Below are positions 8,996 through 18,325 of a DNA stretch of 64,000 nt, in pieces. The stretch's first letter is position 1. The number at the start of each line of letters is the position of its first letter. The position numbers were made by a program, and so were the translations under genes. A model generated the notes under the pieces. It did no database searches, was not told where the DNA came from, and worked only from the letters and a program-made list of their open reading frames with translations. Source of the stretch: Planctomycetota bacterium. Lineage in GTDB: Bacteria > Planctomycetota > SZUA-567 > H5-PLA8. The stretch covers positions 1 to 64,000 of the forward strand of contig JBBRPR010000029.1 of the NCBI GenBank assembly GCA_038227875.1, given 5' to 3'.

Positions 8996-9817
8996 CTACT
9001 CGGCTTTCTTCACCGCGATCTGCAAGTGGCTGGCGCGGCCCATGGCCGAGGGCAGGCGGCAGAGTTTCTTCTCGATCGCCATGATCCGTTCGGCCTGTGC
9101 TTCGTCTTCGAAGAGCGGTTCGAGTTTCTTGAACGGCAGCACGGTTTTGCCGAAGAGATCGAGGACTTCAAAGCCGGCGGTCTGGAAAAGATCGCGCAGT
9201 TTTTCCGGCGTGAAGGTGTGGACGGGGAAGCGTTCGCTGACGTCGTTGGCCAGCCATTCCATTTCGCCGCTGCGCACCAATCGCTCGAGCGTATCGAGCT
9301 CATTTTTCTCCGCGTAATGATCGAGCGCGGCGAGGGTCTGGTCGAGCGACGCGACGAGAATGCCGCCGGGGCGCAGGCATTTTCGCAGTTCCTTGATCGC
9401 CCGACCCGGATGTCCGGCGAACGAAAGTACGTCTCCCTGCGCGATCGCCAGTGCGAAATGTTCGCGGGGCAGTGCGGAGAGGTCCATCACGTCGGCTTTG
9501 ACGAACGTGGTCCGGTCGAGAAGCTCTAACGCTTCCGCTTTCTGGCGGGAGACGTCGAGCATGCCCTGCGAAAGATCGGAGAGTGTGACGTGGTAACCGG
9601 ACTTTGCGCAGCGCAGGCCGTACTTTCCCGTGCCGCACCCGACGTCGAGGATCGGCGCGCGCAGATCGCTGGGCAGGTGCGCCTTGGTCGGCGTCCACGA
9701 GAGGTCGTACCAGTAATCCCAGCGCACGCCGCGGTAGATGTCGTCGTAGCGGTGGGCGATGCGGTCGTGGTAGCGCTCGTTGGCGTCTTCTTCATGCTTG
9801 GGGTGCGACGGTTTCAC
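8996..9817 (-). CDS. Class I SAM-dependent methyltransferase
   Basis: ILDVGCGTG motif I, SDLSQGML, LRPGG. Confidence 0.9.
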   Translation of the reverse strand: MKPSHPKHEEDANERYHDRIAHRYDDIYRGVRWDYWYDLSWTPTKAHLPSDLRAPILDVGCGTGKYGLRCAKSGYHVTLSDLSQGMLDVSRQKAEALELLDRTTFVKADVMDLSALPREHFALAIAQGDVLSFAGHPGRAIKELRKCLRPGGILVASLDQTLAALDHYAEKNELDTLERLVRSGEMEWLANDVSERFPVHTFTPEKLRDLFQTAGFEVLDLFGKTVLPFKKLEPLFEDEAQAERIMAIEKKLCRLPSAMGRASHLQIAVKKAE

Positions 9818-9837
9818 GGAGAACCTCTTGAGTATCG

Positions 9838-11118
9838 TTAGCGGCGTGGACGGTAGCGGCGGCGTAAGCGCTTCTTTGGCGCGGGCGCAGCCTGGGGTTG
9901 CGGCGGCGTAGGCTGGGGTATGTCCGTCTGCTGGTGGGGCTCGACTGGCGGCAGAGGGATGAGGCGCGAGGGTAGCGCGTTCACGCGTTTTTTCACGCGC
10001 GGCACGTGGAAGAGGTGCGGTCCGTTCTGGCCCTGGACGGCTTGCGCGCCGTGGGCGTGATGCGGTTTCACCGGCAGCGCTTTCAGAGCGCTGCGCCCAC
10101 CCGGTTGGGGGGTTAGAATTTTCTGAATCGCATCGACGACTCCACCGGCATCCTGAATGCGGAATTCCGGCTGCTTGACGAGCATGTGCTGGACGAGGAC
10201 GGAGGTTTCCGGACTGATCTCCGCGCGCAGTCCGCGCACGTCGGGGACCGGCGCGGTGAGATGGAGATTCAAAATTTCGCGCGGGGTATCGGCCTGATAA
10301 GGCGGCCGGGCCGTCAGCAGTTCGAAGAGCGTCGCGCCGAGCGAGTAGATGTCGCTGCGGGCGTCGGACTCCAGACCCTGCACGACTTCCGGCGCGACAT
10401 AGGGCGGGCTGGCCCAGAAGGTGTCTTCATCGGCGGGGTTGCGCGCGGCCTGTGAGATGCCGAGATCGGCGAGCTTCACCTGGCCATCGTGGGTGAGGAG
10501 AATGTTGTCGGGTTTGACGTCGCGGTGGACGAAGCCGGCAGCGTGCGCGGCGCGCAGGCCTTCGGCGGTCTGCTTCACGATTTCCAGCGCGAGAGGTTCG
10601 TCAAGGCCGGTCTCGGATGCCTCGGCGATGGAGCGGGCGGAGCCGCCGTCGATGAATTCCATGGCGAAGAAGTGCATGCCGTGCGAGCTGCCGGTGACGA
10701 AGCCCTGCACGATATTGGGGTGGCTGAAACGCGCGGTGGCTCGCGCTTCGGCCTGGAAGCGGCGCACGTTGGCGGGGTCGGCCGCGAAGTCGGAATTCAG
10801 GATTTTTAAAGCGACAGTGCGGTCCAGTGAAATCTGGCGGGCGCGGAAGACGGTGGCGTTCTGGCCTTCGCCGAGCAGATCGAGGATTTCGAAATCGCCG
10901 AGATGGGAGAAGATGGCAATGTCGCGCTTGGAATCCAGCGCGAAGCGGGCCAGCGGCGTCAACAGGCCGCGGTCGACCAGGAACTGCCCGAAGGGAAACT
11001 TCGCGCCCATGGTTTTGAGCTGCGAATAGACCGCCAGCGCCGCCGTGCCTTTTTCGGGATCGAGCAGCTTTGCCTGGACCGCAGCTTTCAGGAAAAGTGC
11101 ATCAGACTCCGGCGCCAA
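9838..11118 (-). CDS. Hanks-type Ser/Thr protein kinase with Pro/Gln-rich, Arg/Lys-rich C-tail
   Basis: LGEG, VALK, HRDVKPDN, DLG, YVAPE, SDIYSLG. Confidence 0.95.
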   Translation of the reverse strand: MAPESDALFLKAAVQAKLLDPEKGTAALAVYSQLKTMGAKFPFGQFLVDRGLLTPLARFALDSKRDIAIFSHLGDFEILDLLGEGQNATVFRARQISLDRTVALKILNSDFAADPANVRRFQAEARATARFSHPNIVQGFVTGSSHGMHFFAMEFIDGGSARSIAEASETGLDEPLALEIVKQTAEGLRAAHAAGFVHRDVKPDNILLTHDGQVKLADLGISQAARNPADEDTFWASPPYVAPEVVQGLESDARSDIYSLGATLFELLTARPPYQADTPREILNLHLTAPVPDVRGLRAEISPETSVLVQHMLVKQPEFRIQDAGGVVDAIQKILTPQPGGRSALKALPVKPHHAHGAQAVQGQNGPHLFHVPRVKKRVNALPSRLIPLPPVEPHQQTDIPQPTPPQPQAAPAPKKRLRRRYRPRR

Positions 11119-11154
11119 AGGTGTTCTCCGTGGGGCTTGCGTTCCGTACTACGG

Positions 11155-12375
11155 TTAGTGTTCGTCGTATTCAGGCACCACGGCACCGGATAGAAGTTTG
11201 GTGCCGGGGGCGAGCAGTTTGTATTCGTAACGGCTGGTGATGCTGGCCTTGTTCTCTTCCTCTTTAGGCTTGTTCTCGTTGCCTTGCGGGATCAGGGCGT
11301 GGCCGTAGAGGGTGACATTGATGACTTCGTTCTTTTCAAGAATGCGGCCCTTGTCCAGGTCCACCGTGCACGAGCCTGAGCCGGTGACGCGGTGGACGAT
11401 GCGGTTGTTCTGCAGCGCTTCGGGCGCGAAGCGTTCGGCGCATTCGGGGTCCTGGGAATCAAACGCGCCGCTCACCTGATAGTCGACAGTGGCCAGCTGG
11501 CTGCCGCCGACCGTGCGGACGTCGCGCAAACGGCCGACGTAGTTGATGTCGAATTGCGTCGGCAGGACGCCGCCGGCCGGCTGGTCGACGGGGATAATCA
11601 CGGGAACTTTGAACTTCCACGTATCGCCCGGCGATACGGCGCGTGCGGAGAAGATCGGGAAAAAGTAGTGCGGGGTTTCGTTCAGGCAGACATGAGGGTA
11701 GGGGATGATCTTGGTCGATTCAATTTCGGCCTTCGGGATCTCCACCTTGTCCGTCGCGGTCAGGAAGGTGACGTTGTCGCCCTCTTCTTTAAGCACCGTG
11801 CCGTAGAGTTTGCGTCCGTCCTTGATGGTCAGGCGCTGTTCGCTGCGGTAGGCGAGACGGTTGAAGTCGTCGTAACGGTAGCATTTCAGCGAACCGACGA
11901 TGCTGTAGTTGGGGCCGAGATTGATCAGGTCGTTGCTGTTGGGGAGGGCGGGTTTGATTTCTTTCCCATTGGCCAATCGTTCAACGCGTTTGCGATCCAC
12001 ATACGTGCGCCAGACAGCGATCAGATCCAAGCCGTCTGCTCGGTCGGCGCAGAGCACGTTCAGAAAAAACGTGTCGGTTTCGTGATAGGTGTTGGTGGAT
12101 TCCTGCGAGCGGTCGAGCGAACCCTGGTAGATCAGCGGTTTGCCGACGTTGCGCTTGAGCTTGATGGTCACGGCCGGCCCGGCGGTGACATGGTCGCTCC
12201 AGACGATCGGTTCGTCTTTCGGCGGCTTCTCACCTTTTTCCGGCTTGGTGGGCCTGGGCGCGGTGGGTTTGGTGGAATTTTCGTCGTCGGGCGGAGTCGC
12301 CGCCGATGCCACGCGGAGCGACGCGACGCAGAGCAGCGCGCATGCAATAATCAGCCTGTTAATTCGCACCCGCAT
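11155..12375 (-). CDS. Secreted hypothetical protein
   Basis: N-terminal signal peptide, Pro/Lys linker, beta-rich body; co-oriented with neighbours. Confidence 0.75.
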   Translation of the reverse strand: MRVRINRLIIACALLCVASLRVASAATPPDDENSTKPTAPRPTKPEKGEKPPKDEPIVWSDHVTAGPAVTIKLKRNVGKPLIYQGSLDRSQESTNTYHETDTFFLNVLCADRADGLDLIAVWRTYVDRKRVERLANGKEIKPALPNSNDLINLGPNYSIVGSLKCYRYDDFNRLAYRSEQRLTIKDGRKLYGTVLKEEGDNVTFLTATDKVEIPKAEIESTKIIPYPHVCLNETPHYFFPIFSARAVSPGDTWKFKVPVIIPVDQPAGGVLPTQFDINYVGRLRDVRTVGGSQLATVDYQVSGAFDSQDPECAERFAPEALQNNRIVHRVTGSGSCTVDLDKGRILEKNEVINVTLYGHALIPQGNENKPKEEENKASITSRYEYKLLAPGTKLLSGAVVPEYDEH

Positions 12376-12448
12376 GCCGCCTCCAATCCGTGCGGAAAGT
12401 ATACGCGAGGTTCTGAATTACGGGCAAGTGTTTTTGGACTGCCAGTAT

Positions 12449-12525
12449 GCAGAAGGCGGTAGCAGTAAGCAGTCTCGCATAACCAAGCGCAAGAGTGCCA
12501 GCTGCAAGCTGCCACCACCTTCTGC
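12449..12525 (-). repeat. Inverted repeat made of GCAGAAG/GCAGTA-type short repeats
   Basis: Arms 12449-12472 and 12502-12525, 19/24 complementary; two mismatches become G-U pairs in the minus-strand RNA. Confidence 0.55.
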
Positions 12526-12535
12526 TTCTAGCAGT

Positions 12536-14272
12536 TCATGCTTCTTCGAGTTCCTTCAATTCCTGCTGAATGGCTTTGGCCAGTGGCTTGACGGTCTTCG
12601 GGCCGAAGTCGAATTTCAGCTTCGCGGTCTTGAACAGTTCCGGCAGCGGACGCGAGCCGCCGAGGCTGAGGGCCTTGCGGTAGTTGGCGACGGCGGCGCG
12701 GGTGTTCTTCTTCGCGTTGAGCCACATCTGCAGCGCGCCGAGCTGCGCGATGCCGTATTCGATGTAATAGAAGGGAGATCCGAACAAGTGGCCCTGGCGG
12801 TGCCACATGTTGGCGCGCGCGTCTTCGAAGCCACTGTAGTCTTCAATGCCGCCGAAGCGCTTCATGAGCGAGAGCCAGTGCTTCTGGCGCTCGGCGCGCG
12901 AATGGCCGGGGTGCGTGTAGATCCAATGCTGGAACGCGTCGATGGTCGCAATCCACGGAAGCAGGCCGATGATACCTTCCATGTGGGTGCGCCGCGCGCG
13001 GTTGGCTTCGGCCGGGGTGTAGAATTCCGAGAGATGCGGTGCGCCCAGCAATTCCATGCTCATCGAGGCGACTTCGCAGAATTCCATCGGAGCCGAACGG
13101 TACGCCAGCAGCGGTTCTTCGCGCGCCGCGAGCGCGTGAAAGGCGTGGCCGGCTTCGTGGAGCATCGTTTCGACATCGCGGTGCAGCCCGACGGCGTTCA
13201 TGAAAATGAACGGCAGCCGCGCTTCCTCCAGCGAACACTGGTAGCCGCCCGGCGCTTTTCCTTTGCGGCTGTCGAGATCGAGCAGCCGGTTGACGCGCAT
13301 GAGATTGTAGTCTTTGGCCAGTGCCGGATCGATTTTCTTGAAGATGGCGTGGCACTTTTCGACCAGCGCGCCGGCGTCGGAGAACGGCTTCAGCGGCGGG
13401 CGGTTGCGGACGTCGACACCCAGATCCCACGGACGGAGCGTGTCGACCTTCAGTAACTTCTGACGGCGCTGCTGCAGACTGCGGGCGATGGGCACACAGA
13501 GTTCCGCGACGGCGTCGTGGAAAGCGAAACATTCTTTCGGCGTGTAATCGAAGCGGCCCTTGGCCTTGAACGCGTATTCGCGGTAGCTTTTGAGGCCGGC
13601 GTTTTTCGCGATCCTGGAGCGCAGGCCGAGCAGGTCGTCGTAGATCTGTTCGATCTTTTCCTTGTCCTCAAGCCGCCGCCTGGCGATGGTCTCCCACGCC
13701 TGCTGGCGCGTGTCGCGGTCAGGCTCTTCCAGGTAGCGCGCCATCTGCTGCAGCGTCTGTTCCTTGTCCTTGAACTTCACGGTCATCGCTGCCATGGTTT
13801 TCTGATACTGCTGCTCAAGCTTGCTTTCCTCAACCTGCAGCGGAATGTTTTCCGGGCGGAAGAGCGAAATGTCGTTGCGTGCGGAACGGGCGAAGACCAT
13901 CCAGCGTTTTTTCGGCAGCTTTTTTGAGAAGGGGCTCTTCACAAACAGTTCTTTTAGCTTGAACCAGTACGGCTTGCATTTCGGGTCGATCGATTCGACG
14001 AATTCGAGGAACGCTTTTTCGCAGGCGGCGTCGTCGGTCTGGCAAGTCATGTTGATGTAGCGCTTCGCGCCTTCCTGATCGAGCGCCGCGCCGAGTTCGC
14101 CGCAATCGAGCACCCATTTCTCGAGCCCCTTGGTGTTCTTGACGGCCGCGGCGCGTTTTTCGAGCTCCAGAAAAAGCGGCTCAATCTGCGCCCAGTCACC
14201 GAGGTTGGCGGCGGCGGGGACAAAGCTGCGCGGGGAGGCGGGTTTCAAATTTTCGAGGGATGCGATGCCCAT
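12536..14272 (-). CDS. M3 family oligoendopeptidase
   Basis: RKGKAPGGY, HEAGH zinc motif, EVASMSME, PFYYIEY. Confidence 0.95.
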   Translation of the reverse strand: MGIASLENLKPASPRSFVPAAANLGDWAQIEPLFLELEKRAAAVKNTKGLEKWVLDCGELGAALDQEGAKRYINMTCQTDDAACEKAFLEFVESIDPKCKPYWFKLKELFVKSPFSKKLPKKRWMVFARSARNDISLFRPENIPLQVEESKLEQQYQKTMAAMTVKFKDKEQTLQQMARYLEEPDRDTRQQAWETIARRRLEDKEKIEQIYDDLLGLRSRIAKNAGLKSYREYAFKAKGRFDYTPKECFAFHDAVAELCVPIARSLQQRRQKLLKVDTLRPWDLGVDVRNRPPLKPFSDAGALVEKCHAIFKKIDPALAKDYNLMRVNRLLDLDSRKGKAPGGYQCSLEEARLPFIFMNAVGLHRDVETMLHEAGHAFHALAAREEPLLAYRSAPMEFCEVASMSMELLGAPHLSEFYTPAEANRARRTHMEGIIGLLPWIATIDAFQHWIYTHPGHSRAERQKHWLSLMKRFGGIEDYSGFEDARANMWHRQGHLFGSPFYYIEYGIAQLGALQMWLNAKKNTRAAVANYRKALSLGGSRPLPELFKTAKLKFDFGPKTVKPLAKAIQQELKELEEA

Positions 14273-14335
14273 TATTTTGCGGTCTCCGGTGTTCGTATCG
14301 TGGCAATCGTGCGTGACGCGCCTATAATTTAGAGC

Positions 14336-15259
14336 ATGAGCGAGCCGTCCGCCACGTCATCCGCACCATTAAGCGAGCAGAATCATCCGCGCCAGTTTCG
14401 TTCCAATACGTATGTCTACCCGGTGCTGTCCCGGCGTTCAAAAGGCGTGTCCGTCGGTATCAATTTGAATCCCGACAAGGTTTGCAATTTCGACTGCATC
14501 TACTGCCAGGTCGACCGCACCAAAGCGCCGCAGGAATATTTCGTGGGGCTGCCGAAGCTGGTGGCAGAACTGCAGACGGTGCTGGAAGGCTTGCGGCCCG
14601 GCGGCTGGCTGTGGGCAGAGCCGGAATTTGCGACTGTGCCTGCGGAGAAGCGCCGCGTTTCAGACATCGCCTTCAGCGGCGATGGTGAGCCGACGACGTT
14701 CAAGAATTTTGCGGAAGTGATCGAGCGGTGCGTGATCGTTAAGGAAGCGGCGGGCCACGCGGATGCAAAAGTGGTGCTGATCACCAACGCGACCGGCTTC
14801 GATCGGCCGGAGGTCAAGCGCGGCCTGGAATTCATGGCCGCTCACCGCGGCGAAATCTGGGCGAAGCTGGACGCCGGCACGGCGGCCTACTTTGCGCTGA
14901 TCGACAACACCTCCTTCCCGTATCAGAAGGTGCTCGACAATATTTCGGAGGCCGCGGGACGCTACGAGATCGTGATCCAGAGCTGCTTCATGCGCGTGAA
15001 GGGGGTGGGGCCCAGCACGGATGAGATCGGCGAGTTCGTGGCGCGGTTGCGCGAGATTGTATCAATGGGCGGGCGGATTCGATTGGTGCAGGTTTACACT
15101 GTCGCGCGCAATCCGGCGCAGTCGATCGTCTCGAGTTTGAGCACGGCGGAAGTCGACGCAATCGCTGCGCGCGTACGGAGCGAAGCGGGGCTCGCCGCGG
15201 AAGCGTATTACGGCGACGTGCCGGAGGGGCAGGGGCACGAGGTGAATGTCGAAAAATAA
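14336..15259 (+). CDS. Radical SAM protein (COG0731-like)
   Basis: YPVLSRRSKGVSVGINL, CNFDCIYC, FSGDGEPT, KLDAG. Confidence 0.9.
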   Translation: MSEPSATSSAPLSEQNHPRQFRSNTYVYPVLSRRSKGVSVGINLNPDKVCNFDCIYCQVDRTKAPQEYFVGLPKLVAELQTVLEGLRPGGWLWAEPEFATVPAEKRRVSDIAFSGDGEPTTFKNFAEVIERCVIVKEAAGHADAKVVLITNATGFDRPEVKRGLEFMAAHRGEIWAKLDAGTAAYFALIDNTSFPYQKVLDNISEAAGRYEIVIQSCFMRVKGVGPSTDEIGEFVARLREIVSMGGRIRLVQVYTVARNPAQSIVSSLSTAEVDAIAARVRSEAGLAAEAYYGDVPEGQGHEVNVEK

Positions 15260-15292
15260 ATGTTGAATGAGGCGCGCAGTGATCGCTAGGAG

Positions 15293-16747
15293 CTACTGAT
15301 TTTTCTTCCACCACGCGTCCCAGTCCGCCGGCGTCTTAAACGATTCGTGAGTCGCCGTGTGCAGGCCCGCCATCACGGCGGTACGGACATCTGATTCGTC
15401 GGAACTGAGACTGCACACCAGCGCGCCAATCGCAGATTTATCGCCGCGTGAGACGAGGGCGTCGACGCCGGACTTTGTGGTGTCGGTGTCCTTCTCAACT
15501 TTAAGCGCATCGCAGAGCAGAGAGAGCGTTTGCTCGCGTTCCTGCGCGCGGTTGGAGCGCCAAACCAGCGCTTCGTAAGCGAGCGCGCGAATGGCTTTTT
15601 GTTTTGTGCGGCTGGCGAGTTTCAGCGCGGTGAGCGCGTTGGGGTGATCGAGTTCGGAAATCGCGGAGACCAATGGTGCGCCGACCGCCGGTTCAAGATC
15701 GAGAATGTCGGCGTAGAATTCCAGTGCAGCGGCCGAGCGGCCGGTGTCTTCGCTGGCCAGGTCGGCAACGATTCGCTTCGACAGAATCGGCCCTTCGGCT
15801 TCGATGTGATTGTGCACGGCAAGCGCGTGTTCCTCCTCAATCATTTTCAGCGCTCTATCCCGCTCTGCGCGGACGGCGAGGATTTCTTCAATTTTTGCAG
15901 CGCTGTACCAGCGGCTTTCAAACTTGTGTAAATCCAGTTCCGGGTGTTGCTCGGCGAGCTGGCCGGCGCCCGGATGCGCCGGGTCCAGTTCGAGACACTG
16001 CTTGATCGAATCCTTGAATTTGTGGACGTTGTTTCGGAGCAATTCGTGGTATTGAACCCCGAGTACGTAGTAACTGTCGGCGTCGTCCGGCCGTCTGGCC
16101 TTGATTGCACTTTCCTTCAGTTCGAGACCGAGGGTGAATGCCGATGTTGCCAGGGCGCCCAGTTCGAAGTTGTCATTTCCCGCCACGAATTTCTTCCCGG
16201 CGGCACGCACGGCGCGGTTGCCCAGGGCGAGAACATCCTGCGCCAGGGTTTCAGCGTCGTCGGATTTCACATCGATTGTGCCGGCCCGTTTTTCCAGCGC
16301 CGCCTTGCTCGCGCGGAGGCGTTGAAGATCGCTGGATTCCTTGAACAATTCGGTCAGTGCCAATTCAACATCCCTTCCGTTGCTTCCCACGCGCAACGTG
16401 CCGAAGGCGGAGATGTTGTCGCCGTTCTTCAACTCCTTTGCCTTTTGTAGAACGCGCGAGCTCTCGGCCACAAGCAGCCCCGTGGAATCCAGAAGCGCGA
16501 TGCGACCATCTGGCGTCAGCGCGCCAAAACGGATCTCCACGCAGACGGGAATTCCGTCGGGAACCTTCCCGGAGAGGATGTCGGTGGTGATGCGTTTGTA
16601 TTCGGTGTCGTTGAGCTTCAGCAGTTCGATGGTGGTCTGATTGGGGAGAACCATGGTGCGATGCGGCAGCGCATCGATGGAATCCACATTTTCAGCGGCG
16701 ACGTGACCGACGGTAAAGAGCACGAGCGCGATTATGATGTGACGCAT
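15293..16747 (-). CDS. Secreted TPR/HEAT-repeat protein, paralog B
   Basis: Signal peptide; CLELDPAHP; C-terminal HEAT repeats ending W..WWKKN; aligns by eye to 16825..18297. Confidence 0.75.
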   Translation of the reverse strand: MRHIIIALVLFTVGHVAAENVDSIDALPHRTMVLPNQTTIELLKLNDTEYKRITTDILSGKVPDGIPVCVEIRFGALTPDGRIALLDSTGLLVAESSRVLQKAKELKNGDNISAFGTLRVGSNGRDVELALTELFKESSDLQRLRASKAALEKRAGTIDVKSDDAETLAQDVLALGNRAVRAAGKKFVAGNDNFELGALATSAFTLGLELKESAIKARRPDDADSYYVLGVQYHELLRNNVHKFKDSIKQCLELDPAHPGAGQLAEQHPELDLHKFESRWYSAAKIEEILAVRAERDRALKMIEEEHALAVHNHIEAEGPILSKRIVADLASEDTGRSAAALEFYADILDLEPAVGAPLVSAISELDHPNALTALKLASRTKQKAIRALAYEALVWRSNRAQEREQTLSLLCDALKVEKDTDTTKSGVDALVSRGDKSAIGALVCSLSSDESDVRTAVMAGLHTATHESFKTPADWDAWWKKNQ

Positions 16748-16824
16748 GTGGATCTCCAATATGATGTTGTTTGGGCGTCAGTTAGTTGTTCCTCGGCATT
16801 GGTTATTCGTCCTTCGACATTCCA

Positions 16825-18297
16825 TCACTTATTCTTGCTCCACCAGCTCTCCCACGCTTCGCGGTTGGGCAGGGTTTGTTTGGTGGCGGCCTTCAGTCCG
16901 ACAATGATTTCGTTCTGGACGGCGGTTTCGTTGGTGTTGAGGCTGGCGATCAGCGTGCTGATGCCGGGCTTGGAATCGAGCGCGACGAGCGCCTCGACGC
17001 CGACTTTCGCGGCGGTGGCGTCCTTCTCAGCCTTCAGCGCTTCGGAGAGCGTTTTCAACGCGGTCTCCTGGTCTTCCTTGACGACGCTGCGCCACGCCAG
17101 CGCTTCGTAAGCCATGCGCCGCACTTCAGGGAATTGGCTCTTGCTGGCAAGATCCAGGCCGGGATAGACGGCGGCGCGGTCGTCGAGGTTGGAGAGAATC
17201 TCGACAGCTTTTTCACCGAAACCCGGATCGATCGAATTCTGCGCGGCTTCGCCCAGCGACTTCAGTGCGCCGTCGCGGGCTTTCGGATCGTTGGTGCACA
17301 GCGCCTGCTCGGATTTCAGGAGCAGGCTGGAGCGTTCGGCGATGGCTGCTTCCTGTTCGCGCTTGAAGCGTTCGGCCTTGGCCTTGGTGGCCTGATCGAG
17401 CTTGGCCTGGTCGTCCTGCTTGCTCTTCCTGATATCTTCGATCTGTTCGCGGCGCAGCCAGCGGCCTTCGTACTTGTCCATATTAAAGGTGTCGAGCGCG
17501 ACGCGGGAGGCGCGCGGGTGGTCGGGATCGAGCTCCAGGCATTTGAGCACCAGCAGCCGGTACTTGGGCATCTTGCGGCGCAGTTCCTTCCACTGTTCGG
17601 CAAGTGCGAAGAAGCCGTCGGCGTCGTCGGACCGCAGCGCGCGTTCCTTGTTTTCCAGGCCGATATCGTAGGCCTTGTCGCGCAGCGCACCGAGGCGGTC
17701 GAAGTCGGTAAAGTTGCTCATCGCCTGTTTCATGTCCTGGTCGATGCGGTGGCCGAGATCGATGGAACTTTCCGCCACAATCATGCGCTCGTCGCGGCTT
17801 TGGGTTTCGTCGGTGAATTTCTTTTCCAGGCGGGCGATGCGCTTGATGTAGCGCTCCAGGTCGGGCAACTGGCGCTGCAGGTCGGCGACGACGAATTCCA
17901 CGGAGCGCCCGTCCTTGGCCTTGCGCAGGGAACCGCAGAACCAGACGTTGTCAGCGCGCTTGAATTCCGACTTGGCGAATTTCAAAGTGTCGCGGTCTTC
18001 GACGATCAGTTCCCCGGGCGAACCGAAGAGTTTAATGTGGTCGGGGAGCGTCACCGAATCGAATTTGGCTTCGAAGCATACATCGGGATCGGCCGCGTTG
18101 TTGCCGACGAGTACTTCGACGCCGACGACGCGGTAGTTGATGCCCTTATACAGGATCACCTCGGCGCGCTGACCATTGGGCAAGGCGATAATGCTGTGCG
18201 TCAGTTCGTCGACGTTCACGGCATCACCGGCCTGCGCGGCGAATGCCAACGTGATCAGCAGGAGCGGCAGAGCCAGAATTCGATGCGTGTGATACAT
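16825..18297 (-). CDS. Secreted TPR/HEAT-repeat protein, paralog A
   Basis: Signal peptide; CLELDPDHP; HEAT repeats ending WESWWSKNK. Confidence 0.8.
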   Translation of the reverse strand: MYHTHRILALPLLLITLAFAAQAGDAVNVDELTHSIIALPNGQRAEVILYKGINYRVVGVEVLVGNNAADPDVCFEAKFDSVTLPDHIKLFGSPGELIVEDRDTLKFAKSEFKRADNVWFCGSLRKAKDGRSVEFVVADLQRQLPDLERYIKRIARLEKKFTDETQSRDERMIVAESSIDLGHRIDQDMKQAMSNFTDFDRLGALRDKAYDIGLENKERALRSDDADGFFALAEQWKELRRKMPKYRLLVLKCLELDPDHPRASRVALDTFNMDKYEGRWLRREQIEDIRKSKQDDQAKLDQATKAKAERFKREQEAAIAERSSLLLKSEQALCTNDPKARDGALKSLGEAAQNSIDPGFGEKAVEILSNLDDRAAVYPGLDLASKSQFPEVRRMAYEALAWRSVVKEDQETALKTLSEALKAEKDATAAKVGVEALVALDSKPGISTLIASLNTNETAVQNEIIVGLKAATKQTLPNREAWESWWSKNK

Positions 18298-18325
18298 GGG
18301 CGGATCTCCCCGTGCGGCGCGATCG

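Noticed and set aside
12536..15259. Radical SAM plus peptidase as a RiPP cluster
   Set aside because: Divergent genes, no SPASM/RRE features, no precursor peptide seen
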